Assembly (NCBI GenBank): GCA_016187745.1
Contig: JACPJC010000005.1
Span: 192,308 to 256,307, forward strand
DNA from: Candidatus Iainarchaeum sp.
GTDB taxonomy: Archaea > Iainarchaeota > Iainarchaeia > Iainarchaeales > JAXPJC01
Length of the DNA: 64,000 nucleotides
Reading direction: 5' to 3'
This document shows positions 1 through 9,141 of this stretch, piece by piece; positions within the stretch are counted from its first letter, which is position 1; each line of letters opens with the position of its first letter. A program made the position numbers and the translations under genes. The notes beneath the pieces are model-generated. The model worked only from the letters and a program-made list of their open reading frames with translations. It had not been told where the DNA came from and did no database searches.

Positions 1-422
1 GCCCCGCAGCAGTACTCGCAGGAAATTTGGGTTGTTACCGCAATATATCTCTGCAGCTTCTCCCCTGAAAGCGTTATGCCTGTGTCATAAACAGACATCT
101 TTGCTATTGTCGCATTTGATTTTGCTACATCATTTGTGGAAATATCATCATATCTAACTTGCAGCTCAGCGCCATAAACTGCAGGAACTCCGCTTGGAAT
201 CGCATTTTCATAGCTGCCGGAAACAGCAATTCCTGAATAGCCTGTTCCGCTCCCTGAAACCCCGCCTGAAATATTGAAAAGCATATATTGATTGAAGAGC
301 ATCAGTGCCGCGACAATCCCAATCAGCGCATAGCTGAACTTCATAAGCAGCTTGCTGTCCTTCTTTTCCGCGCCCTTCGCGCCTTTATTTTCTGCCTGCG
401 AATTATTTTGTTCTTCACCCAT
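1..422 (-). CDS. Membrane-anchored protein with CEYCC motif (partial, runs off window start)
   Basis: Hand translation from ATG at 422: MGEEQNNSQAE...YALIGIVAALMLFNQ (TM)...TQISCEYCCG; not in the supplied ORF track. Confidence 0.7.
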   Translation of the reverse strand, partial: MGEEQNNSQAENKGAKGAEKKDSKLLMKFSYALIGIVAALMLFNQYMLFNISGGVSGSGTGYSGIAVSGSYENAIPSGVPAVYGAELQVRYDDISTNDVAKSNATIAKMSVYDTGITLSGEKLQRYIAVTTQISCEYCCG

Positions 423-519
423 AAAACACCTACTCCTTACACTTCTTGAAAAGCTTTACATTATTTGTAAAGCATTCTATTTTTAAACCTTTCACCTGAA
501 CAATTATTTGTGAATTCAG

Positions 520-903
520 ATGGAAATTGACAAAATAAATCTTGACAAGAGCGGGCTTAATTCCCTCTTCTCAGAATTGGAATCAGATATCCTTAATAAC
601 CTTTGGCTGAAGAAGAGCGCAACCGCAAGGGAAGTTTTCACGAAAATAAAAGGCGCGCATAAAATCGCCTATCCGACAGTTGTTGTAACCCTTGACAGGC
701 TTTACGAAAAAGGCCTTGTTGACAGGACAGTTCAGACATGCAGGGGCGGCCTGCGCTATGCCTATGTCCCGAAAATCTCCAGGCAGGAGCTCGCGGAAAA
801 GCTCACGGACAAGATGTTTGTTTTCCTCAGAAGGAGCTTCGGGGAATCCTCAACAGCTTATTTGAGAAAAAAACTCGGCAAGGGGGAGAAGAGTGACTTC
901 TGA
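520..903 (+). CDS. BlaI/MecI/CopY-family transcriptional regulator
   Basis: LESDILNNLW..ATAREV..IAYPTVVVTLDRLYEKGLVDR..YAY winged-helix pattern; coupled to a downstream peptidase. Confidence 0.9.
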   Translation: MEIDKINLDKSGLNSLFSELESDILNNLWLKKSATAREVFTKIKGAHKIAYPTVVVTLDRLYEKGLVDRTVQTCRGGLRYAYVPKISRQELAEKLTDKMFVFLRRSFGESSTAYLRKKLGKGEKSDF

Positions 904-1603
904 ACTCAGCTGCATTGCAACCTGCATTGCAAGCCAGAACCCAGTTATTGCGTTCCTTAATTACATACTTATCGGGATAATAGGCATAAGCGCTTTTGCG
1001 CTGATAGTGTTTGGAAGGCATTTCTCACTCAAAACGAATTTCCTGCTTAAATCAGCATTCCTCACATCACTTTTCCTTTTCCTTATTGTATTGCTTTTTG
1101 CCACTCCCGCATCCGCAAATTCATTGTTTGTTTATACGCACACTTCCCTTCTTTTGCTGATAGTGGGGTATTTCGCCTTTTCCTATCTCTTTGCGCCATT
1201 CATAATGCGCATAGGGCTGAAAAGGACAGCAAATGCTGAAGTTGAAGGAATCATAACAGAAGAGAGCAAAAATCTCAACATCAAAAAGCCCAGCATATTT
1301 GTCTTTGCCGATTCCCAGGCAAGCGCCTTCACAGTTTCAGGCATTAAAAAAGCAGTTTTCATTTCAACGGCGCTTGTTGAAAGGCTGAACAAGGATGAGC
1401 TGAAGGCGGTTTTGACGCATGAATTGCTGCACCTGAAGGGGAATTTCTTCAATCTTAAGAGGTTTTTCTCCTCAGTGCGCGCGGGCTTTTTTGGCCTAAT
1501 CCCAATACAGGTGGAAGAGCTTGACATTCTTGCAGAAGACAAGATTGATGAAAGCATGCCCGGGGAAAAACAGGCCCTTGACCGCGCGAGGGAAAAACTA
1601 TGA
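893..1603 (+). CDS. M48/M56 (BlaR1-like) membrane zinc metallopeptidase
   Basis: Several N-terminal TM helices; AFT motif and LKAVLTHELLH (HExxH). Confidence 0.85.
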   Translation: MTSELSCIATCIASQNPVIAFLNYILIGIIGISAFALIVFGRHFSLKTNFLLKSAFLTSLFLFLIVLLFATPASANSLFVYTHTSLLLLIVGYFAFSYLFAPFIMRIGLKRTANAEVEGIITEESKNLNIKKPSIFVFADSQASAFTVSGIKKAVFISTALVERLNKDELKAVLTHELLHLKGNFFNLKRFFSSVRAGFFGLIPIQVEELDILAEDKIDESMPGEKQALDRAREKL

Positions 1604-2145
1604 ATCCGAGAATTCTAATTTTCGGAATAATTTTGCTATTTGGCATTGGCTTTGTCTCTGCACACGGTGAGGATTTCGAAAATGCAAAGGCCATTGTTGA
1701 CTCAAATGCAAGCTGCAGCAGTCTTACCGAGGCGCAGCTTGAAATGATTGGCGATTACTATATGGAGCAGATGCACCCCGGGGAAGCCCATGAACTCATG
1801 CACAAGATGATGGGCGGAGAGGATTCCGAAACAATAAAATCAATGCACATCCAGATGGCAAAATCCATCTACTGCGGGGAAACAACAGGCATGATGAGCA
1901 TGATGTCAGAGAACGGGATGATGAGTATGATGGGAAGCGGAATGATGGGGATGATGGGCGGCTCAGGAACCCAGGGCATGATGGGCGGCTCGGGCATGAT
2001 GAATTACGGAACGGCCGCTTATTCAGGCATTCCCCTATACATATGGAACTTTTTGTATCTCCTGCTTGTAATAGGCGCGATAGCGCTGATTTTCGTCCTG
2101 ATAGCGAGATTTTCGCTTGATTTGAAAAAGCAGAAAAAGAAATAG
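1600..2145 (+). CDS. Met/Gly-rich exported membrane protein (putative Cu/metal-binding)
   Basis: Signal peptide, MHPGEAHELMH, long MMG repeats, C-terminal TM helix. Confidence 0.75.
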   Translation: MNPRILIFGIILLFGIGFVSAHGEDFENAKAIVDSNASCSSLTEAQLEMIGDYYMEQMHPGEAHELMHKMMGGEDSETIKSMHIQMAKSIYCGETTGMMSMMSENGMMSMMGSGMMGMMGGSGTQGMMGGSGMMNYGTAAYSGIPLYIWNFLYLLLVIGAIALIFVLIARFSLDLKKQKKK

Positions 2146-2146
2146 A

Positions 2147-2878
2147 GTGCTGCACATGAATGAGAAACTCGCCCTTACTGCGCTTTTAGGATTTATAATT
2201 ATTGGCGCTGCGCTTATTGTGTTTTTTTCCTTTCCTTTCGGCAATACTTCAAATTCCGCAACAGGGCAGGGCGCGCTTGCTTCCGCGCATGATTCGGAAA
2301 TGCCATTTACCGCATTTGACAGGGCGCTTGCAGCGGAATTGATGGACAAAGATGGGGATGGAAAATGCGATGCCTGCGGCATGGCAATAAAGGACTGCAT
2401 TGCGTCAAACATGCTGCAGTGCAATATGGACCCCAAAGCAACAATTGGGCTCCTTGGAAGCGCGCATGCGCACGCAGAATTCAGGGTTTATGTTAATGGG
2501 GCGCAAATTGACTTTTCCAAATATGCTGAGCTGCATGAAGAGGCAATGCAGAATAAAAGCGCGGAAACAAGCAGCTTCATCCATGTGCATGAGGAGGAAG
2601 CCCCGCACAAAGCAGGGGAAATTCTGCACATGCACGCGAGCGGCGTTCCCCTGTGGGTTTTCTTTGAAAGCATCGGGATGGAATTCAGCAAAAATTGCCT
2701 GAAAATACAGGCAGGGGAAGAATTCTGCAATGCTCCTGAAAAAACCCTCAAATTTTATGTGAATGGCAGGCAGAACAGTTCATTCGAAAACTATGCGCCA
2801 AAGGATGATGATAAAATACTCATAAGCTATGGCAGTGAATCAGAAGATGAAATAAAAGGGCAGCTTGATTCAGTATGA
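2147..2878 (+). CDS. His/Cys-rich membrane-anchored hypothetical protein
   Basis: N-terminal TM, KCDACG, HAHAEF, HVHEE, HMHA motifs; operon position. Confidence 0.75.
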   Translation: MLHMNEKLALTALLGFIIIGAALIVFFSFPFGNTSNSATGQGALASAHDSEMPFTAFDRALAAELMDKDGDGKCDACGMAIKDCIASNMLQCNMDPKATIGLLGSAHAHAEFRVYVNGAQIDFSKYAELHEEAMQNKSAETSSFIHVHEEEAPHKAGEILHMHASGVPLWVFFESIGMEFSKNCLKIQAGEEFCNAPEKTLKFYVNGRQNSSFENYAPKDDDKILISYGSESEDEIKGQLDSV

Positions 2879-3267
2879 AAGAAAAAATCCTTAATTCATT
2901 CAGCTCCGCAAGCGCCGCGCTCGCAACCTTCGGAAGCTCCTTCCAGCTCTGCCACAACATATGCCTTGCATTTATAGGGATCCTTGCATTTCTTGGAATA
3001 GCAATAGCCGGAATGCCGCTTCTCTTCCTTTTCCAGTACAATATCTATTTCTGGGCATTTGCGATTGCGCTTCTCATTCCCACAGTAATAATGTACATCT
3101 ACAAGAAATGCCTCTCAAGGAATCTTCTGCTTTTCAATATAGGAATAGTAATTGCAGGCACTCCAGAAAATTTTACATTCGGCATTCAGCCAATATTCTG
3201 GATTGTGGGCGGGATTTTAGTAATGATTGCAATTGCATCTATCATATATAAAAAAGCAGTATGCTGA
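2875..3267 (+). CDS. Small polytopic membrane protein (MerC/MerT-like metal transporter candidate)
   Basis: About 4 TM helices with a CHNIC motif in the first helix; ATGA coupling to the upstream gene. Confidence 0.65.
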   Translation: MKEKILNSFSSASAALATFGSSFQLCHNICLAFIGILAFLGIAIAGMPLLFLFQYNIYFWAFAIALLIPTVIMYIYKKCLSRNLLLFNIGIVIAGTPENFTFGIQPIFWIVGGILVMIAIASIIYKKAVC

Positions 3268-3297
3268 AATTTTTGCAAGGTTATTTGTAATTTCCCT

Positions 3298-3537
3298 CTA
3301 AACTGCAATTCCATACACTTGGAATAAAATATGCAAAAAGATGTGAATTATTACCAGGGCTATGAGAGTTATCCTTGTGTATCTGTGATACTTTACCATT
3401 TTATCCCTATATTTCTTAAGAGGGCCCCAATTCAGGCTATTATACCACCAGCAGGTTGATAAGTCTATAAAAAATACAACTGTCAGGGCAACCGCAGCCC
3501 AAAACACCAAATCAAATCCAAAAATTAATGTTACCAT
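3298..3537 (-). CDS. Small membrane protein with His residues in TM helices
   Basis: Two TM segments, YHRY..IIHIFLH; abuts the ferredoxin gene. Confidence 0.65.
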   Translation of the reverse strand: MVTLIFGFDLVFWAAVALTVVFFIDLSTCWWYNSLNWGPLKKYRDKMVKYHRYTRITLIALVIIHIFLHILFQVYGIAV

Positions 3538-3873
3538 CTATTCGCCTTTTAATTCTTCAATTGATTTCGGTTTGCAAACCATTGCTCCGCCTGGAACCGG
3601 GCAAACCTTATGGCAATGGCAATCGCCAAAGCAGTTTTCAGGCCTAATTGCTATGGCAATCTTTTTCTTATTTCCATTTATTATAATTTCCTGCATTTCA
3701 TAGCAATTGCCGAGGCAAACCCTTACGCACATTCCGCAGCCGGTGCACTTGTTTTTATCCACATCCAACAAAAAGGCAGGTATCCATTCTTCACTATCCG
3801 CCTTTCGTGACCTGAACCATTTTCTTTCCGCGCCTACTGGATTTCCCAATATGTCGCAGCATTCTTCTGTCAT
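3538..3873 (-). CDS. 4Fe-4S dicluster ferredoxin-like protein
   Basis: CTGCGMCVRVC and CFGDCHCHKVCP; start moved to ATG 3873, which overlaps the upstream TGA. Confidence 0.85.
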   Translation of the reverse strand: MTEECCDILGNPVGAERKWFRSRKADSEEWIPAFLLDVDKNKCTGCGMCVRVCLGNCYEMQEIIINGNKKKIAIAIRPENCFGDCHCHKVCPVPGGAMVCKPKSIEELKGE

Positions 3874-4379
3874 GCCAGCCCCTGTTTTGATTGCCCTGCT
3901 GTCACTTTGCATTTCTTCATGTCAGCAGAGAGGAAATAAATTGAGGCAGCCAGGAGCACTATGCTCACGGCCTTCAGCTCAAGCCCTCCAAAAGGCATGA
4001 AGAAAAGCGCAAGGGGTTCTCCAACCAGTGCAAAAAGCAGGCTTCCGCACATCGGGCAGCCTGATGCAAATGCCCCAGAAATTATGCCGGCAAAATTGCC
4101 CGAGCCTGCGCAAACGCCCAGCTTTTTTGACTGCCCGAATACAAACAGCATTAATGCAAGGTTGATTCCGAAAAGCACTGCAATAAAGGCATTTGACAGT
4201 AGCGAAAGCAGGCTGAACCAGAAGCCGCTCATCTGGAAATAAACTACAATGCTGTAATCTGCCACATTTGAAAGCATTAGAAAATGCAAAGCAAAGAAGC
4301 TGATGCCCGCGGTTGCAACAGCAGTCAATAGGTATTTCCCATTTCCCAGCACATTCAGCATATTTTGCGTTCTGCCCAT
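3870..4379 (-). CDS. Membrane protein with GCPMC motif
   Basis: About 4 TM helices, FASGCPMCG. Confidence 0.75.
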   Translation of the reverse strand: MGRTQNMLNVLGNGKYLLTAVATAGISFFALHFLMLSNVADYSIVVYFQMSGFWFSLLSLLSNAFIAVLFGINLALMLFVFGQSKKLGVCAGSGNFAGIISGAFASGCPMCGSLLFALVGEPLALFFMPFGGLELKAVSIVLLAASIYFLSADMKKCKVTAGQSKQGLA

Positions 4380-4402
4380 AATTCAATCACATTAATTTGC
4401 TT

Positions 4403-4672
4403 TTATTTTAAAAATTTTCCCTTGCAACCATGCTCAAGGCTGCATTTTGCCAGTTCAGCGTATTCTGGAATGCCCTCAAACATCTTTCTTCCATTTCCAA
4501 CTATTGTTGGAAGCGCCCTGATGCCATATTTTTCTGCCTTTCGCCTGTTTTTCCCTTCTGCAAGGTTGTATGTTCTCAATCTGCATTTTGGGCCCATAAC
4601 TCTCCTTATCATTTTTTCCGTATTGCTGCAGAGATAGCAGTTGCCTGCAAACAATTCCATGTTCATAGCCAT
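4403..4672 (-). CDS. Thioredoxin/glutaredoxin-like protein
   Basis: CYLC motif and KYGIRALPTIV..FEGIP (cis-Pro loop). Confidence 0.8.
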   Translation of the reverse strand: MAMNMELFAGNCYLCSNTEKMIRRVMGPKCRLRTYNLAEGKNRRKAEKYGIRALPTIVGNGRKMFEGIPEYAELAKCSLEHGCKGKFLK

Positions 4673-4683
4673 TTTATTGCCCC

Positions 4684-4887
4684 CTATTTTTTAACTTCTT
4701 TGCGGCGGCCTTCCTTATCATACTCGTAAAGCCTGCCTTCCTCCTCGCCGCTGCAGAGCTTGTGCGAGCCATCGCAGAATGGCTGGTTTTTTGACAGGCC
4801 GCACATGCATATCCATGCAGATTCCTTCTGCGGCTTAATTTCATGAGGCTCCTTTGCCTCTTTTATTACTGCTCTCGCCATTTTCAT
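4684..4887 (-). CDS. CDGSH iron-sulfur domain protein
   Basis: WICMCGLSKNQPFCDGSH. Confidence 0.95.
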   Translation of the reverse strand: MKMARAVIKEAKEPHEIKPQKESAWICMCGLSKNQPFCDGSHKLCSGEEEGRLYEYDKEGRRKEVKK

Positions 4888-5233
4888 CCTCCATCTGAAA
4901 TTTATTTATTACCCCGCAGGGTTTGTTTTTCAGAACCCCGCAGCTTCTGAGCCTTTTGCTGTATCTCTCAATGTGCTTGTCTATGTTTTCCAGAATCGGA
5001 ATTATGTGACTGTTATCCAATGAGTAAACCTTGTTTTTCCCCTTCCAAATGGAAGATACAAACCCGCACGCTTCCAGGCATTTCAGATTGTGCGAAACCC
5101 TGCTCTGCTCAAACCCGAGTAATTTGCATAATTCATTTACGCTTCTCGGTTTCTTTCTAAGCAGTTTAATGATTTCAAACCTTGTTTTATTGGAAAATGC
5201 CTTGAAAAACAGCCTGTATGACAATTCTCTCAT
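4841..5233 (-). CDS. ArsR/SmtB-family transcriptional regulator
   Basis: FKAFSNKTRFEII..SVNELC..QSRVSHNLKCL..G.V..KGKNKVYSL. Confidence 0.9.
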   Translation of the reverse strand: MRELSYRLFFKAFSNKTRFEIIKLLRKKPRSVNELCKLLGFEQSRVSHNLKCLEACGFVSSIWKGKNKVYSLDNSHIIPILENIDKHIERYSKRLRSCGVLKNKPCGVINKFQMEDENGESSNKRGKGAS

Positions 5234-5288
5234 ATGATAATACTGTCATAACAAATTTAAAAGGCTTTCCATTTCCCAAAACTGACAA

Positions 5289-5624
5289 TTACGCAGCCCT
5301 TATTATTCTGCAGTTCCCATCCACTTCCACGAAATGGGAAGCGGTTTTCCCGAATTCAGGGCACTGGTTTGCAGGGCTGTTGTCAATTTCCGCCCTTGGT
5401 GAATGCGCAACATCGCAAACCCAGCCTTCCGCAGCGGAATTGCTTAAGCAAGGCCCTGCGCTCAAATCAGTTCCTTTTCCTTTTTCAATTTCACACAGCG
5501 CAGTGCATTTATCTGAAGCGAGCTCGGCAGGAGTTTTCCCTGCTCCGCCCTGCTGGACGCAGCCGCTAAGCAGAATTAGAATAAATGCCAGCGCAGCAAA
5601 CCCGAAAACAAGCGGCTTTCGCAT
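5289..5624 (-). CDS. Cys-rich lipoprotein
   Basis: Lipobox-like LLSGC; AGPCLS..WVCDVAH.PR..NQC..FVEVD..C. Confidence 0.75.
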   Translation of the reverse strand: MRKPLVFGFAALAFILILLSGCVQQGGAGKTPAELASDKCTALCEIEKGKGTDLSAGPCLSNSAAEGWVCDVAHSPRAEIDNSPANQCPEFGKTASHFVEVDGNCRIIRAA

Positions 5625-5626
5625 GG

Positions 5627-5833
5627 TTATTTGCCTGGGATTATTCTTGCAAGCATGTATGAGATTGGCAGCAGGAAGATTACCACATATGCCCAGTCAA
5701 TGAAAGTATGCACTATCGGATTTTCAGGCTCTGTGATTATCTTTGCCATGTGCAGATAGCCCACAACGAAAGAAGCAATCCAAGCCCCAATCAGGATTCC
5801 AATAATCCAATTTCTCGTGCTGAAACCCTTCAT
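5627..5833 (-). CDS. Small membrane protein
   Basis: Two hydrophobic helices; tight spacing with its neighbour. Confidence 0.55.
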   Translation of the reverse strand: MKGFSTRNWIIGILIGAWIASFVVGYLHMAKIITEPENPIVHTFIDWAYVVIFLLPISYMLARIIPGK

Positions 5834-5880
5834 ATTCGCACCCTCCCCTTATTCATTTATTCAACCATATATAAAAACAT

Positions 5881-6519
5881 TCATTTTCCAGCAATCTCGG
5901 CTATCCTGGCGTTTGACATGCTTTCCTGCGCCATTTTTTCAATGTCAAGCTTTTTCTCTTCCTCCTCAATCTGCCCGCGCCCAGCCTTTGTTGCTGGCCT
6001 TTCCGGGGTTATTTCGCAGCAGCCCGCTGGCTTTGTTGATGCCGTGAAAGTTCCAAAACCCTTCGCAAGCCTTTCAATTTCCAATTTGTCCATCCCGAGC
6101 AACGGGCGCAGAATCGGAAGTTCAGAGGCGGAAAATTCAGCGGCAATATTGCTGAGCGTCTGGGAAGCAACCTGCCCGAGGGATTCCCCCGTAAGAAGCG
6201 CATCCGCCTTTTCCTTTTCCGCAATCCTGCTGGAAATCCTCAGCATCATGCGCCTGCACAGCACGCAAGTGAATTTCCTCTCGCACTTTCTTGAGATTTC
6301 CGTAAGATTCGCCCCGTGCGGAACCACATACAATTTTATTTTCCTTTTGTATTTTCCGGCAAGATGCTTCAAAATCTCAAAAACCTTCTCCTCGGTTTTT
6401 TCGGAGCTATAGGGGGCATTGCTGAAATGCGCGCAAACAACTTCCGCCCCTCCTTCCAATGCAAGCGCTGTTGCTACAGGGGAATCAATCCCCCCGGAGA
6501 TTAATGCAATTGCCTTCAT
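5881..6519 (-). CDS. thiI: ThiI-like tRNA 4-thiouridine synthase catalytic (PP-loop) domain, no THUMP domain
   Basis: LISGGIDSPVA, CVLCRRMM, TGESLGQVASQTLSN, RPLLGMDKLEI, GCC; only 212 aa. Confidence 0.88.
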   Translation of the reverse strand: MKAIALISGGIDSPVATALALEGGAEVVCAHFSNAPYSSEKTEEKVFEILKHLAGKYKRKIKLYVVPHGANLTEISRKCERKFTCVLCRRMMLRISSRIAEKEKADALLTGESLGQVASQTLSNIAAEFSASELPILRPLLGMDKLEIERLAKGFGTFTASTKPAGCCEITPERPATKAGRGQIEEEEKKLDIEKMAQESMSNARIAEIAGK

Positions 6520-6803
6520 GCTCCGCGCCCCGCAATAATTCTTATCAGCTGCATTGCAATCTTCTCTGCGCCTTCCTTGCTCTCAATGTCCTTCACAATC
6601 AGCTTCCCGCTTGCAAAAACCGAAACGCCAGTCCCATTCACTTTCACAATCAATAAGTGCGGGGTATTTGCCTCAACAGCAATATTGCACGCTTCAAGCC
6701 TGCCTGCAAGCGCCCCAAGATCCAGCGCATTCCTCCTTTTCGGGATGAACTCATAGCCAGTACGGCCCCTGCACAATCTCTCCATATACCCCGGAATTTC
6801 CAT
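6516..6803 (-). CDS. Hypothetical protein resembling the C-terminal domain of ThiF/MoeB-type proteins
   Basis: NTPHLLIV..VSVFASGKLIVK pattern; coupled between ttuA and thiI. Confidence 0.6.
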   Translation of the reverse strand: MEIPGYMERLCRGRTGYEFIPKRRNALDLGALAGRLEACNIAVEANTPHLLIVKVNGTGVSVFASGKLIVKDIESKEGAEKIAMQLIRIIAGRGA

Positions 6804-6807
6804 AATT

Positions 6808-7755
6808 TCACTTTTTTACTTTTGCCAGCTGCAGGCAAACGTTGCAGTATTTGTTCTTCTCGGAGGTGATGCTCCTGCATTTTGCGCATTTGTGCAGGCT
6901 TTCTTTCCTTATGTTTTTTTCAAGCAGCGGCTTCATATTCTTGAAGAACGAAAGTATCTTGTATTTTGTGCCCGGGGATTTCTCCTCGAATTTGTCCAGT
7001 TCGCTCCTGAACAGATTGCGCTTCGCCTGCCACTTAAAAGGGCAGCATTCCTCGCTGTAAGATTTGATGCCGTTGAATGAGGCATATGCGATTATGTCCT
7101 TTTCAGGAGTCTCATAAAGCGGCTTTATGCGCGGAACGAACTCAACAATTTCTTCAGTTCCAGCAATTGCCCCAAGCCTCGCAAGGCGCTTTGGGTCATT
7201 GTCAAATATGTTCATTAAAATGCTCTGCGCCTCGTCATCTAAATTGTGCCCGGTCGCGATTTTTGCGCATTTCAATTCCCTTGCAATTTTGTTCAGCAGA
7301 TGGCGCCTCAGCACCCCGCAGAAAGAGCACGTGCTCCCCAAATTCTCATCCTTCGCAATTTTCCTCATTATCTGCATCATTGTAATTCCGAATTCATTTT
7401 TGAAAGTCCTCTTAACATATTTGATTTTCCACTTTTTGCAGTTCTCCTCCGCAATTTTCAGCGCCCTGTCGCGATATTTAGGGATTCCCTCATCAAGCAT
7501 TATTGCAATTATTTCGTTTGATTTCGGGAAAAATTTATTCAGCAGAAAAAGAGTTGCGCTTGAATCCTTCCCCCCTGATAGGCCTACAGCAACCTTCTCC
7601 CCGCGCCTTATTAGCCCGTGCCTGCTTATTGTGCGCCTAACCCTGCGCTCAAAGAACTCAATGAAATGCGCCCTGCAGAAATTGTGCGGCCCATAGGGAA
7701 GGAGAATCTCCGCCTTTTTGCCGCACCTGCCGCATTTCGCCATGCCAAAACCCAA
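6808..7755 (-). CDS. ttuA: tRNA 2-thiolation protein (TtuA/Ncs6/CTU1 family, TIGR00269-like)
   Basis: N- and C-terminal Zn fingers, SGGKDS, CSFCGVLRR, ATGHNLDDEAQ, CPF. Confidence 0.92.
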   Translation of the reverse strand: MGFGMAKCGRCGKKAEILLPYGPHNFCRAHFIEFFERRVRRTISRHGLIRRGEKVAVGLSGGKDSSATLFLLNKFFPKSNEIIAIMLDEGIPKYRDRALKIAEENCKKWKIKYVKRTFKNEFGITMMQIMRKIAKDENLGSTCSFCGVLRRHLLNKIARELKCAKIATGHNLDDEAQSILMNIFDNDPKRLARLGAIAGTEEIVEFVPRIKPLYETPEKDIIAYASFNGIKSYSEECCPFKWQAKRNLFRSELDKFEEKSPGTKYKILSFFKNMKPLLEKNIRKESLHKCAKCRSITSEKNKYCNVCLQLAKVKK

Positions 7756-7841
7756 CCTTTTAAAATCCTTCTTTATCTAATTATTATTGAATAGTTTTTT
7801 ATTATAAGGGCAAATCTGCTTTTATGGATTCTCTGGAATAA

Positions 7842-8414
7842 GTGGTTGAAATGTCTTTCACGCAGCAATTAACAAGGACCTTTGAGAAGGAATACGCAAA
7901 GGAGAAGGGCTTTGCAGACCTCTACCGGCAGCGCCTTATTGAGTTCAGGAAGGAGAAGGAAAGCGCCGTGCGCGTTGAAAAGCCCACAAATCTCGCAAGG
8001 GCGCGCACCCTGGGCTATAAGGCAAAGCAGGGCTTTGTTGTTGTAAGGGTTAGGGTAAGGAAGGGCGGCGGGGTATTCCACAGGCCGGCCAAGGGAAGAA
8101 GGCCAAAAAGAATGGGTGTTACAAAGCTTACGCGCAATATTTCAATCCAGACTATTGCTGAGCAGCGCGCCTCGGAGAAATATCCTAACCTGGAAGTGCT
8201 TAATTCTTACTGGGTGGGGGAAGACGGAAAGAAGAAATATTATGAAATAATAATGGTTGACACAAGCAACCCCTCAATCCTCGCTGACAGGGGCATAAAC
8301 TGGATCTGCAGGAGCACCCAGCGCGGCAGGGTTGAAAGGGGGCTTACAAGCTCGGCAAAGAAGGCGAGGGGCCTGCGCAACAAGGGAAGGGGCGCGGAGA
8401 AAGCTAGCCGATAG
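7842..8414 (+). CDS. rpl15e: 50S ribosomal protein L15e
   Basis: [54 protein letters not shown]. Confidence 0.97.
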   Translation: MVEMSFTQQLTRTFEKEYAKEKGFADLYRQRLIEFRKEKESAVRVEKPTNLARARTLGYKAKQGFVVVRVRVRKGGGVFHRPAKGRRPKRMGVTKLTRNISIQTIAEQRASEKYPNLEVLNSYWVGEDGKKKYYEIIMVDTSNPSILADRGINWICRSTQRGRVERGLTSSAKKARGLRNKGRGAEKASR

Positions 8415-8417
8415 CAG

Positions 8418-8762
8418 CTACTCAACAACTAATTTTATCGCGTTTTTCTCCTTCATCAATAAGGCGGTTTTTCCCGGCGCAATTTTAAATGCCTTTGCGA
8501 GCGCCTTCGGAATCCTCAGCGCAACAGAATTCCCCCATTTTGAGAATTTCGCCTTTTCAGCCCTTCTGAGAGCGCGCTCCTTCTCCGCAACCTCGTGCAG
8601 CTGCCCCATATCAAGGAACTCATCCCTGCACCGGGGGCAGTGCCAGTATTTATATTCAAGTAAATCTTTGCCGCTGACATCAGTCCTTTCAAGCAGCTCA
8701 ATATTGCATTTATGGCATTTCATGTTCATCTTTTCCATTCGATTGTTACAATCCTGATGCAA
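8418..8762 (-). CDS. Zn-ribbon plus AbrB/MazE-domain protein (putative antitoxin)
   Basis: KCHKC..CPRC and KWGNSVALRIPK. Confidence 0.85.
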   Translation of the reverse strand: MHQDCNNRMEKMNMKCHKCNIELLERTDVSGKDLLEYKYWHCPRCRDEFLDMGQLHEVAEKERALRRAEKAKFSKWGNSVALRIPKALAKAFKIAPGKTALLMKEKNAIKLVVE

Positions 8763-8983
8763 TCACCTTCAATTTCATCCACACAAACAACCTTCCCCCG
8801 CCTGTATTCTTTTACGAATTTCATCCTGTTCTTTCCAAATCTCTTTACCCTTCCTCCATTTATTGTCGCTTCAACCATGCCCCTTGATATTCCCCTGTTG
8901 GTTGCGCGCGCATAGGCGTGCCTTGTTATTTCAATCCTTTTCCCGAACCTCAAAAGATATCCTAAGATATACATGTATATCAA
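8726..8983 (-). CDS. DUF4258-like putative toxin
   Basis: IEITRHAYARATNRGIS..IVTI; overlaps the antitoxin gene. Confidence 0.75.
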   Translation of the reverse strand: MIYMYILGYLLRFGKRIEITRHAYARATNRGISRGMVEATINGGRVKRFGKNRMKFVKEYRRGKVVCVDEIEGDCIRIVTIEWKR

Positions 8984-9141
8984 ACTCCTTTTAATTCTTG
9001 CACAAAAAACCTGATGGGAACAGATTATAAATATATCGTCAATTGCCGTATAGTAATAGAACCGGCATCCTGCAAATTTTGTTTTCCGGCGGCCAAATAA
9101 AACGCAATTGTTTTTTATACTGTTTAATTTACTAATTTTCT

